Shown one piece after another: positions 1 to 14,100 of a stretch of 64,000 nt of DNA (positions are counted from its first letter, which is position 1; the number at the start of each line of letters is the position of its first letter). The notes under the pieces were generated by a model. It did no database searches, was not told the origin of the DNA, and was given only the letters and a program-made list of their open reading frames with translations. Both the position numbers and the translations under genes were made by a program. The stretch is from Balanoglossus misakiensis (Eukaryota > Animalia > Hemichordata): contig CM082591.2 in assembly GCA_040954595.2 (NCBI GenBank), forward strand, positions 10,929,309 to 10,993,308, in the 5' to 3' direction.

Positions 1-2160
1 AGGCTGTGTTTCGAAGCAACCATGGAAACTTTAGAACTATCCGTCGATCCACAGAGTCTAGTGGAAAACTTTCTTATGCGCATAGGCCTATCATGTTTTC
101 TGCGCATCACAACAGAATTTTGTAAACAAACGAGGTTGTGTTCGGAAGCAACCATGGAAACTTTAGAACTATCCGTCGATCTACAGAGTCTAGTGGAAAA
201 CTTTCTTATGCGCATAGACCTATCATTTGTTCTGCGCATCACAACAGAATTTTGTAAACAAACGAGGCCGTGTTTCGAAGCAACCATGGAAACTTTAGAA
301 CTATCCGTCGATCTACAGAGTCTAGTGGAAAACTTTCTTATGCGCATAGACCTATCATGTGTTCTGCGCATCACAACAGAATTTTGTAAACAAACGAGGC
401 CGTGTTTCGAAGCAACCATGGAAACTTTAGAACTATCCGTCGATCGACAGAGTCTAGAGGCAAACTTTATTGTGCGCATAGGCCTATCATGTTTTCTGCG
501 CATCACAACAGAATTTTGTAAACAAACGAGGCTGTGTTTGGAAGCAACCATGGAAACTTTAGAACTATCCGTCGATCTACAGAGTCTAGTGGAAAACTTT
601 CTTATGCGCATAGACCTATCATGTGTTCTGCGCATCACAACAGAATTTTGTAAACAAACGAGGCTGTGTTTCGAAGCAACCATGGAAACTTTAGAACTAT
701 CCGTCGATCTATAGAGTCCAGTGGAAAACTTTCTTATCGTCATAGGGCTATCATGTGTTCTGCGCATCACAACAGAATTTTGTAAACAAACGAGGTTGTG
801 TTCGGAAGCAACCATGGAAACTTTAGAACTATCCGTCGATCTACAGAGTCTAGTGGAAAACTTTCTTATGCGCATAGGCCTATCATGTGTTCTGCGCATC
901 ACAACATATTTCCTTAAATAAACGAGGCTGTGTTTGGAAGAAACCATGGAAATTTTAGAACTATCCGTCGATCTACAGAGTCTAGTGGAAAACTTTCTTA
1001 TCCTCATAGACCTATCATGTGTTCTGCGCATCACAACAGAATTTTGTAAACAAACGAGGCTGTGTTTGGAAGCAATTATGGAAACTTTAGAACTATCCGT
1101 CGATCTACAGAGTCTAGTGGAAAACTTTATTATGCGCATAGACCTATCATGTGTTCTGCGCATCACAACAGAATTTTGTAAACAAACGAGGCTGTGTTTG
1201 GAAGCAACCATGGAAACTTTAGAACTATCCGTCGATCGACAGAGTCTAGTGGAAAACTTTCTTATGCGCATAGACCTATCATTTGTTCTGCGCATCACAA
1301 CAGAATTTTGTAAACAAACGTGGCCGTGTTTCGAAGCAACCATGGAAACTTTAGAACTATCCGTCGATCTACAGAGTCTAGTGGAAAACTTTCTTATGCG
1401 CATAGACCTATCATGTGTTCTGCGCATCACAACAGAATTTTGTAAACAAACGAGGCCGTGTTTCGAAGCAACCATGGAAACTTTAGAACTATCCGTCGAT
1501 CTACAGAGTCTAGAGGCAAACTTTCTTATCCTCATAGGCCTATCATGTGTTCTGCGCATCACAACAGAATTTTGTAAACAAACGAGGCTGTGTTCGGAAG
1601 CAACCATGGAAACTTTAGAACTATCCGTCGATCTACAGAGTCTAGTGGAAAACTTTCTTATGCGCATAGACCTATCATGTGTTCTGCGCATCACAACAGA
1701 ATTTTGTAAACAAACGAGGCTGTGTTTCGAAGCAACCATGGAAACTTTAGAACTATCCGTCGATCTATAGAGTCCAGTGGAAAACTTTCTTATCGTCATA
1801 GGGCTATCATGTGTTCTGCGCATCACAACAGAATTTTGTAAACAAACGAGGCTGTGTTCGGAAGCAACCATGGAAACTATAGAACTATCCGTCGATCTAC
1901 AGAGTCTAGTGGAAAACTTTCTTATGCGCATAGGCCTATCATGTGTTCTGCGCATCACAACATATTTCCTTAAATAAACGAGGCTGTGTTTGGAAGCAAC
2001 CATGGAAATTTTAGAACTATCCGTCGATCTACAGAGTCTAGTGGAAAACTTTCTTATCCTCATAGACCTATCATGTGTTCTGCGCATCACAACAGAATTT
2101 TGTAAACAAACGAGGGTGTGTTTGGAAGCAACCATGGAAACTTTAGAACTATCCGTCGAT

Positions 2161-5100
2161 CGACAGTCTAGTGGAAAACTTTCTTATGCGCATAGGCCTA
2201 TCATGTTTTCTGCGCATCACAACAGAATTTTGTAAACAAACGAGGCTGTGTTTGGAAGCAACCATGGAAACTTTAGAACTATCCGTCGATCGACAGAGTC
2301 TAGTGGAAAACTTTCTTATGCGCATAGACCTATCATGTGTTCTGCGCATCACAACAGAATTTTGTAAACAAACGAGGCCGTGTTTCGAAGCAACCATGGA
2401 AACTTTAGAACTATCCGTCGATCTACAGAGTCTAGAGGCAAACTTTCTTATCCTCATAGGCCTATCATGTGTTCTGTGCATCACAACAGAATTTTGTAAA
2501 CAAACGAGGCTGTGTTTGGAAGCAACCATGGAAACTTTAGAACTATCCGTCGATCTACAGAGTCTAGTGGAAAACTTTCTTATGCGCATAGACCTATCAT
2601 GTGTTCTGCGCATCACAACAGAATTTTGTAAACAAACGAGGCTGTGTTTCGAAGCAACCATGGAAACTTTAGAACTATCCGTCGATCTATAGAGTCCAGT
2701 GGAAAACTTTCTTATCGTCATAGGGCTATCATGTGTTCTGCGCATCACAACAGAATTTTGTAAACAAACGAGGTTGTGTTCGGAAGCAACCATGGAAACT
2801 TTAGAACTATCCGTCGATCTACAGAGTCTAGTGGAAAACTTTCTTATGCGCATAGGCCTATCATGTGTTCTGCGCATCACAACATATTTCCTTAAATAAA
2901 CGAGGCTGTGTTTGGAAGCAACCATGGAAATTTTAGAACTATCCGTCGATCTACAGAGTCTAGTGGAAAACTTTCTTATCCTCATAGACCTATCATGTGT
3001 TCTGCGCATCACAACAGAATTTTGTAAACAAACGAGGGTGTGTTTGGAAGCAACCATGGAAACTTTAGAACTATCCGTCGATCGACAGTCTAGTGGAAAA
3101 CTTTATTATGCGCATAGGCCTATCATGTTTTCTGCGCATCACAACAGAATTTTGTAAACAAACGAGGCTGTGTTTGGAAGCAACCATGGAAACTTTAGAA
3201 CTATCCGTCGATCGACAGAGTCTAGTGGAAAACTTTCTTATGCGCATGGACCTATCATTTGTTCTGCGCATCACAACAGAATTTTGTAAACAAACGTGGC
3301 CGTGTTTCGAAGCAACCATGGAAACTTTAGAACTATCCGTCGATCTACAGAGTCTAGTGGAAAACTTTCTTATGCGCATAGACCTATCATGTGTTCTGCG
3401 CATCACAACAGAATTTTGTAAACAAACGAGGCAGTGTTTCGAAGCAACCATGGAAACTTTAGAACTATCCGTCGATCTATAGAGTCCAGTGGAAAACTTT
3501 CTTATCGTCATAGGGCTATCATGTGTTCTGCGCATCACAACAGAATTTTGTAAACAAACGAGGTTGTGTTCGGAAGCAACCATGGAAACTTTAGAACTAT
3601 CCGTCGATCTACAGAGTCTAGTGGAAAACTTTCTTATGCGCATAGGCCTATCATGTGTTCTGCGCATCACAACATATTTCCTAAAATAAACGAGGCTGTG
3701 TTTGGAAGCAACCATGGAAACTTTAGAACTATCCGTCGATCTACAGAGTCTAGTGGAAAACTTTCTTATGCGCATAGACCTATCATGTGTTCTGCGCATC
3801 ACAACAGAATTTTGTAAACAAACGAGGCTGTGTTTCGAAGCAACCATGGAAACTTTAGAACTATCCGTCGATCTATAGAGTCCAGTGGAAAACTTTCTTA
3901 TCGTCATAGGGCTATCATGTGTTCTGCGCATCACAACAGAATTTTGTAAACAAACGAGGCTGTGTTCGGAAGCAACCATGGAAACTTTAGAACTATCCGT
4001 CGATCTACAGAGTCTAGTGGAAAACTTTCTTATGCGCATGGGCCTATCATGTAATCTGCGCATCACAACATATTTCCTTAAATAAACGAGGCTGTGTTTG
4101 GAAGCAACCATGGAAACTTTAGAACTATCCGTCGATCTACAGAGTCTAGTGGAAAATTTCTTATGCGCATAGACCTATCATGTGTTCTGCGCATCACAAC
4201 AGAATTTTGTAAACAAACGAGGGTGTGTTTGGAAGCAACCATGGAAACTTTAGAACTATCCGTCGATCGACAGTCTAGTGGAAAACTTTCTTATGCGCAT
4301 AGGCCTATCATGTTTTCTGCGCATCACAACAGAATTTTGTAAACAAACGAGGCTGTGTTTGGAAGCAACCATGGAAACATTAGAACTATCCGTCGATCGA
4401 CAGAGTCTAGTGGAAAACTTTCTTATGCGCATAGACCTATCATTTGTTCTGCGCATCACAACAGAATTTTGTAAACAAACGAGGCCGTGTTTCGAAGCAA
4501 CCATGGAAACTTTAGAACTATCCGTCGATCTACAGAGTCTAGAGGCAAACTTTCTTATCCTCATAGGCCTATCATGTGTTCTGCGCATCACAACAGAATT
4601 TTGTAAACAAACGAGGCTGTGTTCGGAAGCAACCATGGAAACTTTAGAACTATCCGTCGATCTACAGAGTCTAGTGGAAAACTTTCTTATGCGCATGGGC
4701 CTATCATGTGTTCTGCGCATCACAACATATTTCCTTAAATAAACGAGGCTGTGTTTGGAAGCAACCATGGAAACTTTAGAACTATCCGTCGATCTACAGA
4801 GTCTAGTGGAAAACTTTCTTATCCTCATAGACCTATCATGTGTTCTGCGCATCACAACAGAATTTTGTAAACAAACGAGGGTGTGTTTGGAAGCAACCAT
4901 GGAAACTTTAGAACTATCCGTCGATCGACAGTCTAGTGGAAAACTTTCTTATGCGCATAGGCCTATCATGTTTTCTGCGCATCACAACAGAATTTTGTAA
5001 ACAAACGAGGCTGTGTTTGGAAGCAACCATGGAAACTTTAGAACTATCCGTCGATCGACAGAGTCTAGTGGAAAACTTTTTATATGCGCATAGACCTATC

Positions 5101-8100
5101 ATTTGTTCTGCGCATCACAACAGAATTTTGTAAACAAACGTGGCCGTGTTTCGAAGCAACCATGGAAACTTTAGAACTATCCGTCGATCTACAGAGTCTA
5201 GTGGAAAACTTTCTTATGCGCATAGACCTATCATGTGTTCTGCGCATCACAACAGAATTTTGTAAACAAACGAGGCTGTGTTTCGAAGCAACCATGGAAA
5301 CTTTAGAACTATCCGTCGATCTACAGAGTCTAGTGGAAAACTTTCTGATGCGCATAGACCTATCATGTGTTCTGCGCATCACAACATATTTCCTTAAATA
5401 AACGAGGCTGTGTTCGGAAGAAACCATGGAAACTTTAGAACTATCCGTCGATCTACAGAGTCTAGTGGAAAACTTTCTTATGCGCATAGGCCTATCATGT
5501 GTTCTGCGCATCACAACATATTTCCTTAAATAAACGAGGCTGTGTTTGGAAGCAACCATGGAAACTTTAGAACTATCCGTCGATCTACAGAGTCTAGTGG
5601 AAAATTTCTTATGCGCATAGACCTATCATGTGTTCTGCGCATCACAACAGAATTTTGTAAACAAACGAGGGTGTGTTTGGAAGCAACCATGGAAACTTTA
5701 GAACTATCCGTCGATCGACAGTCTAGTGGAAAACTTTCTTATGCGCATAGGCCTATCATGTTTTCTGCGCATCACAACAGAATTTTGTAAACAAACGAGG
5801 CTGTGTTTGGAAGCAACCATGGAAACATTAGAACTATCCGTCGATCGACAGAGTCTAGTGGAAAACTTTCTTATGCGCATAGACCTATCATTTGTTCTGC
5901 GCATCACAACAGAATTTTGTAAACAAACGAGGCCGTGTTTCGAAGCAACCATGGAAACTTTAGAACTATCCGTCGATCTACAGAGTCTAGTGGAAAACTT
6001 TCTTATGCGCATAGACCTATCATGTGTTCTGCGCATCACAACAGAATTTTGTAAACAAACGAGGCCGTGTTTCGAAGCAACCATGGAAACTTTAGAACTA
6101 TCCGTCGATCTACAGAGTCTAGAGGCAAACTTTCTTATCCTCATAGGCCTATCATGTGTTCTGCGCATCACAACAGAATTTTGATAACAAACGAGGCTGT
6201 GTTTGGAAGCAACCATGGAAACTTTAGAACTATCCGTCGATCTACAGAGTCTAGTGGAAAACTTTCTTATGCGCATAGACCTATCATGTGTTCTGCGCAT
6301 CACAACAGAATTTTGTAAACAAACGAGGCTGTGTTTCGAAGCAACCATGGAAACTTTAGAACTATCCGTCGATCTATAGAGTCCAGTGGAAAACTTTCTT
6401 ATCGTCATAGGGCTATCATGTGTTCTGCGCATCACAACAGAATTTTGTAAACAAACGAGGCTGTGTTCGGAAGCAACCATGGAAACTTTAGAACTATCCG
6501 TCGATCTACAGAGTCTAGTGGAAAACTTTCTTATCGTCATAGGGCTATCATGTGTTCTGCGCATCAAAACAGAATTTTGTAAACAAAGGAGGCTGTGTTC
6601 GGAAGCAACCATGGAAACTTTAGAACTATCCGTCGATCTACAGAGTCTAGTGGAAAACTTTCTTATGCGCATAGGCCTATCATGTGTTCTGCGCATCACA
6701 ACATATTTCCTTAAATAAACGAGGCTGTGTTTGGAAGCAACCATGGAAATTTTAGAACTATCCGTCGATCTACAGAGTCTAGTGGAAAACTTTCTTATCC
6801 TCATAGACCTATCATGTGTTCTGCGCATCACAACAGAATTTTGTAAACAAACGAGGGTGTGTTTGGAAGCAACCATGGAAACTTTAGAACTATCCGTCGA
6901 TCGACAGTCTAGTGGAAAACTTTCTTATGCGCATAGGCCTATCATGTTTTCTGCGCATCACAACAGAATTTTGTAAACAAACGAGGCTGTGTTTGGAAGC
7001 AACCATGGAAACATTAGAACTATCCGTCGATCGACAGAGTCTAGTGGAAAACTTTCTTATGCGCATAGACCTATCATTTGTTCTGCGCATCACAACAGAA
7101 TTTTGTAAACAAACGAGGCCGTGTTTCGAAGCAACCATGGAAACTTTAGAACTATCCGTCGATCTACAGAGTCTAGTGGAAAACTTTCTTATGCGCATAG
7201 ACCTATCATGTGTTCTGCGCATCACAACAGAATTTTGTAAACAAACGAGGCCGTGTTTCGAAGCAACCATGGAAACTTTAGAACTATCCGTCGATCTACA
7301 GAGACTAGAGGCAAACTTTCTTATCCTCATAGGCCTATCATGTGTTCTGCGCATCACAACAGAATTTTGATAACAAACGAGGCTGTGTTTGGAAGCAACC
7401 ATGGAAACTTTAGAACTATCCGTCGATCTACAGAGTCTAGTGGAAAACTTTCTTATGCGCATAGACCTATCATGTGTTCTGCGCATCACAACAGAATTTT
7501 GTAAACAAACGAGGCTGTGTTTCGAAGCAACCATGGAAACTTTAGAACTATCCGTCGATCTATAGAGTCCAGTGGAAAACTTTCTTATCGTCATAGGGCT
7601 ATCATGTGTTCTGCGCATCACAACAGAATTTTGTAAACAAACGAGGCTGTGTTCGGAAGCAACCATGGAAACTTTAGAACTATCCGTCGATCTACAGAGT
7701 CTAGTGGAAAACTTTCTTATGCGCATAGGCCTATCATGTGTTCTGCGCATCACAACATATTTCCTTAAATAAACGAGGCTGTGTTTGGAAGCAACCATGG
7801 AAATTTTAGAACTATCCGTCGATCTACAGAGTCTAGTGGAAAACTTTCTTATCCTCATAGACCTATCATGTGTTCTGCGCATCACAACAGAATTTTGTAA
7901 ACAAACGAGGGTGTGTTTGGAAGCAACCATGGAAACTTTACAACTATCCGTCGATCTACAGAGTCTAGTGGAAAACTTTCTGATGCGCATAGACCTATCA
8001 TGTGTTCTGCGCATCACAACATATTTCCTTAAATAAACGAGGCTGTGTTCGGAAGAAACCATGGAAACTTTAGAACTATCCGTCGATCTACAGAGTCTAG

Positions 8101-11100
8101 TGGAAAACTTTCTTATGCGCATAGACCTATCATGTGTTCTGCGCATCACAACAGAATTTTGTAAACAAACGAGGCCGTGTTTCGAAGCAACCATGGAAAC
8201 TTTAGAACTATCCGTCGATCTACAGAGTCTAGTGGAAAACTTTCTTATGCGCATAGACCTATCATGTGTTCTGCGCATCACAACAGAATTTTGTAAACAA
8301 ACGAGGCCGTGTTTCGAAGCAACCATGGAAACTTTAGAACTATCCGTCGATCTACAGAGTCTAGAGGCAAACTTTCTTATCATCATAGGCCTATCATGTG
8401 TTCTGTGCATCACAACAGAATTTTGTAAACAAACGAGGCTGTGTTTGGAAGCAACCATGGAAACTTTAGAACTATCCGTCGATCTACAGAGTCTACTGGA
8501 AAACTTTCTTATGCGCATAGACCTATCATGTGTTCTGCGCATCACAACAGAATTTTGTAAACAAACGAGGCTGTGTTTCGAAGCAACCATGGAAACTTTA
8601 GAACTATCCGTCGATCTATAGAGTCCAGTGGAAAACTTTCTTATCGTCATAGGGCTATCATGTGTTCTGCGCATCACAACAGAATTTTGATAACAAACGA
8701 GGCTGTGTTTGGAAGCAACCATGGAAACTTTAGAACTATCCGTCGATCTACAGAGTCTAGTGGAAAACTTTCTTATGCGCATAGACCTATCATGTGTTCT
8801 GCGCATCACAACAGAATTTTGTAAACAAACGAGGCTGTGTTTCGAAGCAACCATGGAAACTTTAGAACTATCCGTCGATCTATAGAGTCCAGTGGAAAAC
8901 TTTCTTATCGTCATAGGGCTATCATGTGTTCTGCGCATCACAACAGAATTTTGTAAACAAACGAGGCTGTGTTCGGAAGCAACCATGGAAACTTTAGAAC
9001 TATCCGTCGATCTACAGAGTCTAGTGGAAAACTTTCTTATGCGCATAGGCCTATCATGTGTTCTGCGCATCACAACATATTTCCTTAAATAAACGAGGCT
9101 GTGTTTGGAAGCAACCATGGAAATTTTAGAACTATCCGTCGATCTACAGAGTCTAGTGGAAAACTTTCTTATCCTCATAGACCTATCATGTGTTCTGCGC
9201 ATCACAACAGAATTTTGTAAACAAACGAGGGTGTGTTTGGAAGCAACCATGGAAACTTTACAACTATCCGTCGATCTACAGAGTCTAGTGGAAAACTTTC
9301 TGATGCGCATAGACCTATCATGTGTTCTGCGCATCACAACATATTTCCTTAAATAAACGAGGCTGTGTTCGGAAGAAACCATGGAAACTTTAGAACTATC
9401 CGTCGATCTACAGAGTCTAGTGGAAAACTTTCTTATGCGCATAGACCTATCATGTGTTCTGCGCATCACAACAGAATTTTGTAAACAAACGAGGCCGTGT
9501 TTCCAAGCAACCATGGAAACTTTAGAACTATCCGTCGATCTACAGAGTCTAGTGGAAAACTTTCTTCTGCGCATAGACCTATCATGTGTTCTGCGCATCA
9601 CAACAGAATTTTGTAAACAAACGAGGCCGTGTTTCGAAGCAACCATGGAAACTTTAGAACTATCCGTCGATCGACAGAGTCTAGAGGCAAACTTTCTTAT
9701 CCTCATAGGCCTATCATGTGTTCTGTGCATCACAACAGAATTTTGTAAACAAACGAGGCTGTGTTTGGAAGCAACCATGGAAACTTTAGAACTATCCGTC
9801 GATCTACAGAGTCTAGTGGAAAACTTTCTTATGCGCATAGACCTATCATGTGTTCTGCGCATCACAACAGAATTTTGTAAACAAACGAGGCTGTGTTTCG
9901 AAGCAACCATGGAAACTTTAGAACTATCCGTCGATCTATAGAGTCCAGTGGAAAACTTTCTTATCGTCATAGGGCTATCATGTGTTCTGCGCATCACAAC
10001 AGAATTTTGTAAACAAACGAGGTTGTGTTCGGAAGCAACCATGGAAACTTTAGAACTATCCGTCGATCTACAGAGTCTAGTGGAAAACTTTCTTATGCGC
10101 ATAGACCTATCATGTGTTCTGCGCATCACAACAGAATTTTGTAAACAAACGAGGCTGTGTTTCGAAGCAACCATGGAAACTTTAGAACTATCCGTCGATC
10201 TATAGAGTCCAGTGGAAAACTTTCTTATCGTCATAGGGCTATCATGTGTTCTGCGCATCACAACAGAATTTTGTAAACAAACGAGGCTGTGTTTCGAAGC
10301 AACCATGGAAACTTTAGAACTATCCGTCGATCTATAGAGTCCAGTGGAAAACTTTCTTATCGTCATAGGGCTATCATGTGTTCTGCGCATCACAACAGAA
10401 TTTTGTAAACAAACGAGGCTGTGTTTCGAAGCAACCATGGAAACTTTAGAACTATCCGTCGATCTACAGAGTCTAGTGGAAAACTTTCTGATGCGCATAG
10501 ACCTATCATGTGTTCTGCGCATCACAACATATTTCCTTAAATAAACGAGGCTGTGTTCGGAAGAAACCATGGAAACTTTAGAACTATCCGTCGATCTACA
10601 GAGTCTAGTGGAAAACTTTCTGATGCGCATAGGCCTATCATGTGTTCTGCGCATCACAACATATTTCCTTAAATAAACGAGGCTGTGTTTGGAAGCAACC
10701 ATGGAAACTTTAGAACTATCCGTCGATCTACAGAGTCTAGTGGAAAATTTCTTATGCGCATAGACCTATCATGTGTTCTGCGCATCACAACAGAATTTTG
10801 TAAACAAACGAGGCTGTGTTTCGAAGCAACCATGGAAACTTTAGAACTATCCGTCGATCTATAGAGTCCAGTGGAAAACTTTCTTATCGTCATAGGGCTA
10901 TCATGTGTTCTGCGCATCAAAACAGAATTTTGTAAACAAACGAGGCTGTGTTCGGAAGCAACCATGGAAACTTTAGAACTATCCGTCGATCTACAGAGTC
11001 TAGTGGAAAACTTTCTTATGCGCATAGGCCTATCATGTGTTCTGCGCATCACAACATATTTCCTTAAATAAACGAGGCTGTGTTTGGAAGCAACCATGGA

Positions 11101-14100
11101 AATTTTAGAACTATCCGTCGATCTACAGAGTCTAGTGGAAAACTTTCTTATCCTCATAGACCTATCATGTGTTCTGCGCATCACAACAGAATTTTGTAAA
11201 CAAACGAGGGTGTGTTTGGAAGCAACCATGGAAACTTTAGAACTATCCGTCGATCGACAGTCTAGTGGAAAACTTTCTTATGCGCATAGGCCTATCATGT
11301 TTTCTGCGCATCACAACAGAATTTTGTAAACAAACGAGGCTGTGTTTGGAAGCAACCATGGAAACTTTAGAACTATCCGTCGATCGACAGAGTCTAGTGG
11401 AAAACTTTCTCATGCGCATAGACCTATCATTTGTTCTGCGCATCACAACAGAATTTTGTAAACAAACGAGGCCGTGTTTCGAAGCAACCATGGAAACTTT
11501 AGAACTATCCGTCGATCTACAGAGTCTAGTGGAAAACTTTCTTATGCGCATAGACCTATCATGTGTTCTGCGCATCACAACAGAATTTTGTAAACAAACG
11601 AGGCCGTGTTTCGAAGCAACCATGGAAACTTTAGAACTATCCGTCGATCTACAGAGTCTAGAGGCAAACTTTCTTATCCTCATAGGCATATCATGTGTTC
11701 TGCGCATCACAACAGAATTTTGATAACAAACGAGGCTGTGTTTGGAAGCAACCATGGAAACTTTAGAACTATCCGTCGATCTACAGAGTCTAGTGGAAAA
11801 CTTTCTTATGCGCATAGACCTATCATGTGTTCTGCGCATCACAACAGAATTTTGTAAACAAACGAGGCTGTGTTTCGAAGCAACCATGGAAACTTTAGAA
11901 CTATCCGTCGATCTATAGAGTCCAGTGGAAAACTTTCTTATCGTCATAGGGCTATCATGTGTTCTGCGCATCACAACAGAATTTTGTAAACAAACGAGGC
12001 TGTGTTCGGAAGCAACCATGGAAACTTTAGAACTATCCGTCGATCTACAGAGTCTAGTGGAAAACTTTCTTATGCGCATAGGCCTATCATGTGTTCTGCG
12101 CATCACAACATATTTCCTTAAATAAACGAGGCTGTGTTTGGAAGCAACCATGGAAATTTTAGAACTATCCGTCGATCTACAGAGTCTAGTGGAAAACTTT
12201 CTTATCCTCATAGACCTATCATGTGTTCTGCGCATCACAACAGAATTTTGTAAACAAACGAGGGTGTGTTTGGAAGCAACCATGGAAACTTTACAACTAT
12301 CCGTCGATCTACAGAGTCTAGTGGAAAACTTTCTGATGCGCATAGACCTATCATGTGTTCTGCGCATCACAACATATTTCCTTAAATAAACGAGGCTGTG
12401 TTCGGAAGAAACCATGGAAACTTTAGAACTATCCGTCGATCTACAGAGTCTAGTGGAAAACTTTCTTATGCGCATAGACCTATCATGTGTTCTGCGCATC
12501 ACAACAGAATTTTGTAAACAAACGAGGCCGTGTTTCGAAGCAACCATGGAAACTTTAGAACTATCCGTCGATCTACAGAGTCTAGTGGAAAACTTTCTTA
12601 TGCGCATAGACCTATCATGTGTTCTGCGCATCACAACAGAATTTTGTAAACAAACGAGGCCGTGTTTCGAAGCAACCATGGAAACTTTAGAACTATCCGT
12701 CGATCTACAGAGTCTAGAGGCAAACTTTCTTATCCTCATAGGCCTATCATGTGTTCTGTGCATCACAACAGAATTTTGTAAACAAACGAGGCTGTGTTTG
12801 GAAGCAACCATGGAAACTTTAGAACTATCCGTCGATCTACAGAGTCTAGTGGAAAACTTTCTTATGCGCATAGACCTATCATGTGTTCTGCGCATCACAA
12901 CAGAATTTTGTAAACAAACGAGGCTGTGTTTCGAAGCAACCATGGAAACTTTAGAACTATCCGTCGATCTATAGAGTCCAGTGGAAAACTTTCTTATCGT
13001 CATAGGGCTATCATGTGTTCTGCGCATCACAACAGAATTTTGTAAACAAACGAGGTTGTGTTCGGAAGCAACCATGGAAACTTTAGAACTATCCGTCGAT
13101 CTACAGAGTCTAGTGGAAAACTTTCTTATGCGCATAGGCCTATCATGTGTTCTGCGCATCACAACATATTTCCTTAAATAAACGAGGCTGTGTTTGGAAG
13201 CAACCATGGAAATTTTAGAACTATCCGTCGATCTACAGAGTCTAGTGGAAAACTTTCTTATCCTCATAGACCTATCATGTTTTCTGCGCATCACAACAGA
13301 ATTTTGTAAACAAACGAGGGTGTGTTTGGAAGCAACCATGGACACTTTAGAACTATCCGTCGATCGACAGTCTAGTGGAAAACTTTATTATGCGCATAGG
13401 CCTATCATGTTTTCTGCGCATCACAACAGAATTTTGTAAACAAACGAGGCTGTGTTTGGAAGCAACCATGGAAACTTTAGAACTATCCGTCGATCGACAG
13501 AGTCTAGTGGTAAACTTTCTTATGCGCATAGACCTATCATTTGTTCTGCGCATCACAACAGAATTTTGTAAACAAACGTGGCCGTGTTTCGAAGCAACCA
13601 TGGAAACTTTAGAACTATCCGTCGATCTACAGAGTCTAGTGGAAAACTTTCTTATGCGCATAGACCTATCATGTGTTCTGCGCATCACAACAGAATTTAG
13701 TAAACAAACGAGGCCGTGTTTCGAAGCAACCATGGAAACTTTAGAACTATCCGTCGATCTACAGAGTCTAGTGGAAAACTTTCTTATGCGCATAGACCTA
13801 TCATGTGTTCTGCGCATCACAACAGAATTTTGTAAACAAACGAGGCCGTGTTTCGAAGCAACCATGGAAACTTTAGAACTATCCGTCGATCTACAGAGTC
13901 TAGAGGCAAACTTTCTTATCCTTATAGGCCTATCATGTGTTCTGCGCATCACAACAGAATTTTGTAAACAAACGAGGCTGTGTTTGGAAGAAACCATGGA
14001 AACTTTAGAACTATCCGTCGATCTACAGAGTCTAGTGGAAAACTTTCTTATGCGCATAGACCTATCATGTGTTCTGCGCATCACAACAGAATTTTGTAAA

